In this document: positions 19,802 to 27,653 of the stretch, piece after piece
Position numbering within the stretch: the first letter of the stretch is position 1
Layout of the letters: the number at the start of each line of letters is the position of its first letter
NCBI GenBank assembly: GCA_001804285.1
Contig: MHFR01000048.1
Coordinates: 43,622 to 107,621 of the forward strand
Direction of reading: 5' to 3'
DNA from: Candidatus Danuiimicrobium aquiferis
Lineage (GTDB): Bacteria; Omnitrophota; Omnitrophia; Omnitrophales; Danuiimicrobiaceae
DNA length: 64,000 bases
Program-made: the position numbers and the translations under genes
Notes under the pieces: model-generated
What the model was told of the DNA's origin: nothing
The model's database searches: none
The model's input: the letters and a program-made list of their open reading frames with translations, nothing else

Positions 19802-19918
19802 GCTATTTAGCGTTCTGAAGTTAGCTATTGTCCCTCACCCTAACCCTCTCCCTAAGGGAGAGGGAAAATTCAAAGCGGGGGGTGAGGGGGATTAGTTAAC
19901 CGCTTCAAAACGCTACAT
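19802..19918. repeat. MITE-like TIR shell with family-B palindrome
   Basis: tatttagcgttctgaag...cttcaaaacgcta surrounds ccctcaccctaaccctctccc. Confidence 0.7.
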
Positions 19919-19945
19919 GAACTGTTCCCAACTCTATAAAAAAAT

Positions 19946-20320
19946 ATGCATAAACCGATTTGTTTAATCTATTTGAATGAACTGGAATTTAAAGCAAACC
20001 TTAAAACTTGGGCGGAAGAGTTCGGGATCGAATGTTATTTCGTGATGCAAGGAGAGCAGCTTTATCAGCTCGTCAAAAATTGGGCGCCGTTCATGATTTT
20101 AGTTGATTTAACAGCGGCGGACACAGAGTGGCTTTATAAACACATTGCGATGATTCAATTATTCAAGCCCGGATTCCCGATGCTTGCGATTGTGCCCGAA
20201 CACCAAGAGCGTCCCCGTCAGCGGGCGGAAGGTTACGGCTGTAAATTTGTTTTAACGAGAGCGGAATTTGTAAAGAAGGCTCCGAAATTGATTGAGAAAA
20301 TTTTAAATAAACAGATGTAG
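19946..20320 (+). CDS. Atypical stand-alone receiver-like protein
   Basis: Size and alternating pattern of a REC fold (PFMILVDL, AEGYGCKFVL). Confidence 0.55.
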   Translation: MHKPICLIYLNELEFKANLKTWAEEFGIECYFVMQGEQLYQLVKNWAPFMILVDLTAADTEWLYKHIAMIQLFKPGFPMLAIVPEHQERPRQRAEGYGCKFVLTRAEFVKKAPKLIEKILNKQM

Positions 20321-20326
20321 AAATAT

Positions 20327-20437
20327 TGTCATTGCGAGGAGGCCTTGGGCCGACTTGCCCGCCACATATCATGGCGGGCGGGCAATCTCTGAACACAGAT
20401 TGCTTCTCTGCCACAGTTCTTGGCGGATCGCAATGAC
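20327..20437. repeat. Family-D palindromic element
   Basis: tgtcattgcga...tcgcaatgac. Confidence 0.65.
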
Positions 20438-20453
20438 GGAGATGGTGAAATCG

Positions 20454-21629
20454 ATGAAATTGCCGATTTATTTAGATTATCAAGCGACAACGCCGATGGA
20501 TCCGAGGGTTCTGGAAGCGATGCTCCCTTATTACAAGGAATATTTCGGAAACGCCGCCAGCCGTCACCATCCTTTTGGTTTAAAAGCGAAACAGGCGGTT
20601 GAAGATGCGCGCGCAAAAATTGCTTCTTTCATCAATGCCGAAGATCCGGAGGAAATTATTTTTACAAGCGGCGCGACGGAATCAAATAATTTTGCGATTC
20701 GTGGCATTGCTGAGATGTATCGCGAAAAAGGAAATCACATGATTACGGTTGCGACCGAACATAAATCCGTTCTTTCGGTTTGTCAACATTTGGAAGAAAA
20801 AGGTTTCAAAGTGACTTATCTTCCGGTCGATCGCGAAGGATTGATAAACCTTTGCGAATTAAAAACGGCCATCACCGGAAACACCATTTTGATTTCTGTG
20901 ATGCACGCCAACAATGAAATCGGTGTGATTCAGCCGATTGCGGAGATCGGAGAAATGGCGAAAGCGGCCGGCATATTTTTTCACTGCGATGCGGTTCAAA
21001 GTGCCGGAAAAATCCCCTTTGATGTTCGGGCAGCAGGCATTCATCTTGCGAGTATTTCGGCGCATAAAATGTATGGGCCGAAAGGAATCGGTGCGCTGTA
21101 TGTGCGAAAACAAAATCCGCGCGTCCGGCTTGCGCCGCTCGTTTACGGCGGCGGGCAGGAAATGAATTTGCGCGGCGGGACATTAAATGTTCCGGCCATC
21201 GTAGGTTTCGGTGAAGCGGTTCGGATTGCGAAAACGGAAATGGCTGAAGAAGCAAAACGGGTTCTTGGTTTGCGAACCGAACTTCATTCGATGATTTGCA
21301 AAGGGCTCGATTGTGTTGATCTTCACGGAAGCCTTGAGAAAAGGCTCCCCGGCAATCTCAATGTGAGTTTTGAATTTATTGAAGGAGAATTATTATTTAA
21401 GTTGATTAACCAGGAACTTGCCGTGTCTTCCGGGTCCGCATGTTCTTCGACAAGCCTTGAGCCGTCTTATGTCTTGAAGGCATTGGGCGTGCGCGAAAGT
21501 TTGATTCATACATCCGTCCGCTTTAGTCTGGGCCGCTTTACGACTTCAGAAGAAATTGATTACGCGGCGAATAAAATTGTAAGTGTGGTGCAAGAGTTGC
21601 GGGAGAAATCGCCGTTTTATAAGAAATGA
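20454..21629 (+). CDS. iscS: Cysteine desulfurase IscS
   Basis: IYLDYQATTP, SAHKMYGPKG and SSGSACSS. Confidence 0.93.
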   Translation: MKLPIYLDYQATTPMDPRVLEAMLPYYKEYFGNAASRHHPFGLKAKQAVEDARAKIASFINAEDPEEIIFTSGATESNNFAIRGIAEMYREKGNHMITVATEHKSVLSVCQHLEEKGFKVTYLPVDREGLINLCELKTAITGNTILISVMHANNEIGVIQPIAEIGEMAKAAGIFFHCDAVQSAGKIPFDVRAAGIHLASISAHKMYGPKGIGALYVRKQNPRVRLAPLVYGGGQEMNLRGGTLNVPAIVGFGEAVRIAKTEMAEEAKRVLGLRTELHSMICKGLDCVDLHGSLEKRLPGNLNVSFEFIEGELLFKLINQELAVSSGSACSSTSLEPSYVLKALGVRESLIHTSVRFSLGRFTTSEEIDYAANKIVSVVQELREKSPFYKK

Positions 21630-21639
21630 TTAAAAAAAA

Positions 21640-21752
21640 TGACCAATGGCCAAGCACGCAATGACCAAGAAAGTTTCCAATGTTTCAAATCCACATTGGA
21701 ATTTAATTTTTTAGGATTTATTTGCGGCATTGGTGTTTGGCCATTGAGACTT
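21640..21752. repeat. Family-C element of degenerate ~7-mer tandem repeats with inverted arms
   Basis: aatgacc/ccaa-type arm facing a ttgg/cattg arm. Related copies at 49600-49710 and 52800-52977. Confidence 0.55.
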
Positions 21753-21771
21753 TTGAACTGGAGGAACTAAC

Positions 21772-22095
21772 GTGATCCAAATAACACCCAGTGCAGTCAC
21801 AGAAATTAAAAAGCTGCTTGCTGAACAAAATCAGCCGAACATGGGTCTTAGAGTCGCTGTTTTTTCAGGCGGTTGTTCCGGCATGTCGTATCGGTTGGTG
21901 TTTGATGAAAAACAGGAGCATGATCAAATCCAGGATTTTGACGGCTTGAAGGTGTTTATTGATGAGCAGTCGAACACTTTGCTCGAAGGAACTTCAATTG
22001 ACTTTGTCGATAGCGCGGAAGAACGGGGGTTCAAGTTTTCAAATCCCAATATTCCGAAAGAGCCCGATTGCGGCGGCTGTCGCGGATGTCATTAA
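21772..22095 (+). CDS. iscA: A-type Fe-S cluster carrier (IscA/HesB family)
   Basis: GGCSGMSY, IDFVD, GFKFSNPN and C-terminal CGGC. GGAGG RBS before a GTG start. Confidence 0.88.
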   Translation: MIQITPSAVTEIKKLLAEQNQPNMGLRVAVFSGGCSGMSYRLVFDEKQEHDQIQDFDGLKVFIDEQSNTLLEGTSIDFVDSAEERGFKFSNPNIPKEPDCGGCRGCH

Positions 22096-22234
22096 ATTAA
22101 TTGAGCCCTTGGAAGTTCTTTAATCTTGACCAAGGGCTCATCCCAGAAGCCAGCAAAGCTGGCGACGCGGGAACTCCTTAATTTTATAAAGGGGAAAGGG
22201 GTGAGAACACCCCGACCCCTCATTTAATTCAATC

Positions 22235-22684
22235 ATGCAAATGATTCGCATCAGGTTCAAATCCAAGTTAGCGGCGTTTGCCGTTTTTTGTTTTCTCGTC
22301 TACGGGCTTTACTATTATCTCTGGGGCCGTTATACATTTTTGGTGACGGCCTACTGTAATTGTCCTATTTGTATTAATGTTCCCGAGTTTTACGACGGAA
22401 AATTTGCAAGCGGGAAAAAAATTTATTGGGGCGGAATCGCCGCTGACAAAAAATATAAATTCGGGACCCAAATGGAATTAGTCCCGTTTTTTCCGCAGGA
22501 TTCACTTGCGATTTTCTCTATTCTTCGGGGGCGTCGGAACTTTATTGTCGAAGACTGCGGCGGAAAAATCCGGAACCGGCATATAGACCTTTTTATCCCA
22601 GACAAATTCGGCGGCCATCAGGAGGCGAAAGAGTGGGGTGCCCGCTGGATGCGCGTCAAGGTCAACGGAAAGTGGGCGGAGTGA
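22235..22684 (+). CDS. 3D domain (MltA-like) membrane-anchored protein
   Basis: VTAYC, IAADK, EDCGGKI and IDLF supply the three Asp residues. Confidence 0.8.
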   Translation: MQMIRIRFKSKLAAFAVFCFLVYGLYYYLWGRYTFLVTAYCNCPICINVPEFYDGKFASGKKIYWGGIAADKKYKFGTQMELVPFFPQDSLAIFSILRGRRNFIVEDCGGKIRNRHIDLFIPDKFGGHQEAKEWGARWMRVKVNGKWAE

Positions 22685-22784
22685 CGTTAGGGAATCTTGT
22701 AGCGATTCCGGATAAGAACCGAAAGAGGTAAAAGCCGTCAAATTTCATGCGAAAGGGTGCATACCACTTCATCCAGTACTTTTA

Positions 22785-22855
22785 TGTCATCCCGAGAGAA
22801 GTCGAGGGGTCAAGATCCCTCGGCTCATTCACTTGTCACACCCGCTCGGAATGAC
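22785..22855. repeat. Family-A-related palindromic element
   Basis: tgtcatcccgag...ctcggaatgac. Confidence 0.55.
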
Positions 22856-22965
22856 TGGATGAAATAATAATTGTCGCGTAAAATTATTGTTTCTTTTTGG
22901 TTCCTTTATGAGGTAAGATAATTTTCAGCGGGACGCGAAATTGCGCGCCGCGAAAGGAAAAGAGA

Positions 22966-23301
22966 ATGAAAACAAGCCTCAAAACAAAAGAAAAAACCGC
23001 ATTAGCCGAGTTTGTTTCCAAGGTCAAGCGATCGTTGGGCAAAGATTTAGTCAGCCTTCATTTATTTGGATCAAAAGCGCGGAGCGCGTCTCAAAAAGGT
23101 TCTGATGTGGACGTGTTGGTGGTTGTTTCTCGTTTTTCGGCTGATATTAAGAATGCCGTTATTGACATTGCATTTGACGTCAATTTGAAATTTGACGTTT
23201 ACATATCTCCCCGTGTCGTTCCCGCACGCATTTTTTCAGCTCGGGTATGGCGGATCACTCCTTTCGTTCAAAATATCCGGCGTGAAAGCATTCCTTTATG
23301 A
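22966..23301 (+). CDS. Minimal nucleotidyltransferase (MNT antitoxin)
   Basis: LFGSKAR...SDVDVLVV. Confidence 0.85.
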   Translation: MKTSLKTKEKTALAEFVSKVKRSLGKDLVSLHLFGSKARSASQKGSDVDVLVVVSRFSADIKNAVIDIAFDVNLKFDVYISPRVVPARIFSARVWRITPFVQNIRRESIPL

Positions 23302-23696
23302 CAGACGAAGTTTGTTCTTTGATTCAATTCCGGTTTAAGCGGGCAAGAACGGCTTTTCGGGATGGTGTATCTCTCATGCGGCGGAAATCTTTTGAAAGCG
23401 CAGTGAACCGTTTTTATTACGGCGCTTTTTATGCTGCGCGGGCGCTTCTTGCGACGAAGGGATTGGATGCTTCCAAACATAGCGGTGTTATTTCTTTGTT
23501 CCATCAACATTTTGTCAAAAGCGGTTTGTTTGACAAAGAAATTGCGCGCGCTCTTTCCAGAAGTTTTGAACGCCGGATCGATAGCGATTACGGAGATTTC
23601 TTGGTTGTCAACGGTTCCGAGGCGCTTCAAGTTCAGAAAGAAGTGGAGCAGTTCATTTCAGCATGCAGAAGTTTTTATAGGCAACAAGCAAAGTAA
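23298..23696 (+). CDS. HEPN domain protein (MNT-HEPN pair)
   Basis: AVNRFYYGAFYAARALL, KHSGV and RIDSDY. Overlaps the MNT stop. Confidence 0.85.
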   Translation: MTDEVCSLIQFRFKRARTAFRDGVSLMRRKSFESAVNRFYYGAFYAARALLATKGLDASKHSGVISLFHQHFVKSGLFDKEIARALSRSFERRIDSDYGDFLVVNGSEALQVQKEVEQFISACRSFYRQQAK

Positions 23697-24059
23697 CAAA
23701 GAATAAAACCCCTCATTTTTGATCGCGTTTTTCCTTTTCAAACAGATCATCTACTCCTTCTACGGTCAATCGATCGAGTTCTTTTTTAATATTCCATTTG
23801 TCATTCGTCATTTCCCGCCGTAGATATGTCGGCGCGCGCCTCTGCGAAGCGTTTATTCTGCTACAGCGGAGCGGGGGATCCGCCCCGTTGTTTGACGGAG
23901 GCCTTTGACATTTCTTTCTCCTTATTTCGCTTTTTAAACTCCGGAAATAAGCTGAATTATTTTCGCCTCTGGTTTGCAAACCATATGAGGGGGGGGTAGA
24001 CTTCAGGCAGTGATGTTAATTATTCTGAAAAAAATTCCATTTCCGGGGAGGAACTAAAA

Positions 24060-26288
24060 ATGAAAGCATTTTCTTTTGGGGTAAAATTTTTTGTTTTAGT
24101 CGTGTTATTAAATTTTTTTTCTCCATTTCTAATTTTGGCGGAAGATCCGCTGCCCGCGCCGCAGCTTCTTCCGGGTTGGCCGATCTCGACCGGTGAAGAA
24201 GTTCGGCAGACCCCTACGCTGGCCGATTTGGATGGAGATGGCCAAGTGGATATTGTAGCGGCATCTTTTGACGGAAAAGTTTATGTATGGAATATGGCAG
24301 GGCAAGCTCTCCCGGGGTGGCCGAAAGACCGCGGCTCCCAAAACCCTCCTTCTTTCATCAATTGGGGTTCTTCTCCGGCAGTGGTTGATATGGATGGAGA
24401 CGGCAGTTTGGAAGTTGTGGTTGGCAGTTATGAAGGTAAAGTATATGCATGGAAAAAAGACGGGTCAGACGTTTCGGGATGGCCAAAAGACACAGGCGAA
24501 GAAATTGTTGCGTCACCTGCTGTTGGCGATATTGATCCGAATTATCCAGGCCTCGAAACGGTTATCGCTACGAGTGCGGGGGCATATCCAAACTTTACAG
24601 CCAAAATTTATGTTTGGCATGCAGATGGAACAGAGGTAACCGGCTTCCCCAAGGTATACGAAAATATGTGGGGAGAATCGACGCCTGCCATCGCGGACTT
24701 GGATCCAAATTATTTTGGTTTTGAGATTATCCTGCCCCTATCGGATGCTCAAACCGGAGGCTCACAAGTGCATGTTTTACATCAAGATGGTACAGAGATG
24801 ACGGGTTGGCCAATCGGAATTAGCTATTCCGAACGGACTCCGGTCGTTGCGGATTTTGATGGGGATGGTGATTTAGAAGTCATTACTGGCGCAGGCTCGA
24901 CCGGCGGACAAATCTATGCATGGCACCACGATGGATCTGTTCTGAATGGCTGGCCCAAGCAGATGCCAAAGGCAGTTGTAGCTTCTCTATCAGCAGGTGA
25001 TATTGACCCTTTGTTTCCGGGGCAGGAAATCGTTGCTGGTTTGATGGCCAAAAATATTTACAACTTAGACGGTACGATAAAGACGATAGTTCCAAACATA
25101 TATGTATATCATTGCGATGGGACCATCGTTTCGGGTTGGCCCCAAGCCACGGGAAAATATATATATTCATCGCCAGCAGTTGGCGATATTGACGGTGACG
25201 GGAATTTGGACATTTTGTTTGGTTCAGATGATAAAAATCTTTATGCGTTTCATGGGGATGGAACGGCAGTCCAAGGATTTCCACTTCAAACTCAAGGACT
25301 GATCCATGCAAGCCCTGTGATTGCCGATTTGAATCACGACGGCAAGCTGGAAATTGTAACTGGTTCACGAGATAAAAATATTTACGCATGGACCATGCCG
25401 TTTCAATCTCTTCTTGATGAAAGTCCGTGGCCGACGTTTCACCATGATGCACAGCGAACGGGCCTTTATACGCCAACGAATCACAAACCTGAAATTACAA
25501 TCACGCCTGCTTCTGTATCAGGATCTGAAGGTGAAGAAATTACATTTCAAGTTTCGGCAACGGATCCTGATGGTGATCAGGTTAACATTTCTTTGGACGA
25601 GAACACGAAACCGAAAGGCGCATCTTTTGAAGCTGATCCTCAAAATCCGGGGAATTATCAATTTTCCTGGACACCGATTTATCATCAGGCCGGAACGTAT
25701 TCGGTCAAAATTACAGCTTCAGACGGAAAAGACACAGCGGTTAAAGATGTTTTCATTACCGTTGAGCCCGGGCCGGTGCCGCAACTTTTAAAGGCGAGCT
25801 CTGGAAAAACACATGGAACTGCCGGAAAATTTTACATTGATAGCAATACAGGGCCGTCGGAACTTGTGTTAACCGAACCTCGGCTAGGCGGTCCGACAGA
25901 AGTCATTCTCACGTTTGATAAAGCTATTGACCCTGATACGGTTAGAGTGGAGCTTTCGAGCGGTAGCGTAACTTCCAAGACGGCCATTGACGCTGGATTA
26001 ATTCTCGGGATGAAAGATGTGGCGAATAATCAATGTCTCAATATTAATATCAGAGATTTTGCAGGGAATTTAATCGGCCATGCAAAAATTAAAGCGCTTC
26101 TCGGCGACGTGAACGGTGACGGCCGCGTCAACAATTTCGATATCCTCGCTCTGCGAGCAAAGTTGAATGCTGTCGTAACGGAGGGAACCTTCAAATATGA
26201 TATCAATCCCACTGGAAGGATTGACAATTTCGATGTCCTTTTAATGCGGGGGAATATTGATTCCGATGCAAATTTGCAGAATTGTTAG
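24060..26288 (+). CDS. Secreted FG-GAP/VCBS repeat protein with Ig/cadherin-like and dockerin-like domains
   Basis: Signal peptide, repeated 'SSPAVxDxDGDGxxE' and 'GWP', ATDPDGD Ig-like unit and C-terminal GDVNGDGRVNNFD duplicate. Confidence 0.85.
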   Translation: MKAFSFGVKFFVLVVLLNFFSPFLILAEDPLPAPQLLPGWPISTGEEVRQTPTLADLDGDGQVDIVAASFDGKVYVWNMAGQALPGWPKDRGSQNPPSFINWGSSPAVVDMDGDGSLEVVVGSYEGKVYAWKKDGSDVSGWPKDTGEEIVASPAVGDIDPNYPGLETVIATSAGAYPNFTAKIYVWHADGTEVTGFPKVYENMWGESTPAIADLDPNYFGFEIILPLSDAQTGGSQVHVLHQDGTEMTGWPIGISYSERTPVVADFDGDGDLEVITGAGSTGGQIYAWHHDGSVLNGWPKQMPKAVVASLSAGDIDPLFPGQEIVAGLMAKNIYNLDGTIKTIVPNIYVYHCDGTIVSGWPQATGKYIYSSPAVGDIDGDGNLDILFGSDDKNLYAFHGDGTAVQGFPLQTQGLIHASPVIADLNHDGKLEIVTGSRDKNIYAWTMPFQSLLDESPWPTFHHDAQRTGLYTPTNHKPEITITPASVSGSEGEEITFQVSATDPDGDQVNISLDENTKPKGASFEADPQNPGNYQFSWTPIYHQAGTYSVKITASDGKDTAVKDVFITVEPGPVPQLLKASSGKTHGTAGKFYIDSNTGPSELVLTEPRLGGPTEVILTFDKAIDPDTVRVELSSGSVTSKTAIDAGLILGMKDVANNQCLNINIRDFAGNLIGHAKIKALLGDVNGDGRVNNFDILALRAKLNAVVTEGTFKYDINPTGRIDNFDVLLMRGNIDSDANLQNC

Positions 26289-26344
26289 CAATTGAAAAGA
26301 GACAAGGGAAAAGAGCTCTAGTAGGGAACAGGCATGCCTGTCCC

Positions 26345-27202
26345 CTACAGGACAAATTTTATTAATTCCTGGACTGATTGGCATACATAGTCCGCGCCGG
26401 CGGATTTTAAATTTGTTTCCATTTCTTTTAGCGAAGTTGAGGCAATCAGAAATCCGCACGATTTAATGTTTATTTGTTTCTTAGCTGCTTCGGCTGCCAG
26501 AATATCGTCCGGTAAATCGCCGACATAAAGATAACGTAAATTTTTCCCGAAAATTTTTGCAACCCTCAGCAATCCAAAGGGATCCGGTTTTTTCCGGCCC
26601 GGCGGTGTCTCATCTGTAGTCGTCATCGCATCGATGAATGAATCAATTTGAAACCTTCGAAGCGCGAAATTGGCTTCCTCCCGGTTCCGGCCTGTGACAA
26701 TTCCGATTTTAAGGCCTTTTTGCTTCATTTTCCTGAAGTAAATTTTGGGAATCAGCAGTTTTTCGTTCCACACGTATTCGTTTAAATAATAATGTTGGAA
26801 GATTTTTGAAATTTGGGGGAGGAGGGGCAATTCATGAATTGCCCTTACGGTTTTTGTGAGCATCGTTTCAATTCCTTTTACGCCGAGCGGCCGATCCCTC
26901 ACCGAATTTACAAATTCGGAAATATTCTTTTCCTTAATCAATTCGCGAACCGCATGCCTTGCCGGTTTTAGCGACAACGCATAAAGCAGAAGTCCGTAGC
27001 AGGTGTCCCAATCGTCGTTGAAGCCACCAAGCGACTTAAATTGTTCGACGTCAAGCCGCGTGAATAAGGGTTTGCGCGACGGTGAGAAGCGAAGGACTGT
27101 TTTAAGATATTCATCCACGGTTTTCCGGATGCAGTCGGTGTAAGACGCGCGTGTATCGACGAGGACATTGTCGATATCAAAAATAATAGCGTTGTAAGGC
27201 AT
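26345..27202 (-). CDS. HAD-superfamily hydrolase
   Basis: FDIDNVLVD, GGFNDDW, VTGR, KPDP and YVGDLPDD. Start could be up to 17 codons further upstream. Confidence 0.85.
   Translation of the reverse strand: MPYNAIIFDIDNVLVDTRASYTDCIRKTVDEYLKTVLRFSPSRKPLFTRLDVEQFKSLGGFNDDWDTCYGLLLYALSLKPARHAVRELIKEKNISEFVNSVRDRPLGVKGIETMLTKTVRAIHELPLLPQISKIFQHYYLNEYVWNEKLLIPKIYFRKMKQKGLKIGIVTGRNREEANFALRRFQIDSFIDAMTTTDETPPGRKKPDPFGLLRVAKIFGKNLRYLYVGDLPDDILAAEAAKKQINIKSCGFLIASTSLKEMETNLKSAGADYVCQSVQELIKFVL
26821..26848. repeat. REP-like palindrome GGGGCAATTCATGAATTGCCC inserted in frame in the HAD gene
   Basis: Perfect palindrome encoding VRAIHELPL on the minus strand. Confidence 0.65.
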
Positions 27203-27246
27203 AGATTTTAGCACTTTGTTCAACAAATTCGTACCGACTTCCATTC

Positions 27247-27314
27247 CCCTCACCCTAACCCTCTCCCGCGGGGAGCGGGCAGGAGTGAGGGGGATCTGTT
27301 GATCACTTCAAAAT
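27247..27314. repeat. Family-B palindrome with partial right TIR
   Basis: ccctcaccctaaccctctccc...gtgaggggg...cacttcaaaa. Confidence 0.65.
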
Positions 27315-27433
27315 CAGAAATGATTACATTCATATTTCGACTGATAAAACAGAAACTTAACTTTTTAACCGCTTAGATCTCGCAAACTATTTAATTGCAA
27401 CAAGTTAGAGTAATTAAAAAGTTTAACTTAGCC

Positions 27434-27462
27434 TTGTATTCTTATTATCTGTCGGGTATAAT
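27434..27462 (+). promoter_or_regulatory. Sigma70-type promoter of the giant gene
   Basis: TTGTAT-17 bp-TATAAT, about 190 bp upstream of the start. Confidence 0.55.
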
Positions 27463-27653
27463 TAAACATCCTACCGATAAGGAGTACAGAGTTCATTAAA
27501 TTATAGAGTTTTCGAGCCAAGGGGAAAACATTCCCGTTTCATATTTAAAGTTTTGAAAGTAGTTTAGCAAAAAATTTATCAGTTTTTTAGGAGGTAAATA
27601 ACCGCCGATCTATGTTTATTTCTTTTGGAAACATGGCGGTTAAACGGTAAAGG

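Noticed and set aside
20355-20453. N-terminal extensions of iscS (likewise etfB, mqnD and the M24 peptidase) in the ORF track
   Set aside because: The extensions run through repeat elements. Homology begins at downstream ATGs.
22100-22225. Possible riboswitch (agccagcaaagctggcgacgc) upstream of the 3D-domain gene
   Set aside because: Only a loose resemblance to c-di-GMP-I P2. The GCAAAC and P3 elements are not evident, and a covariance search is needed.
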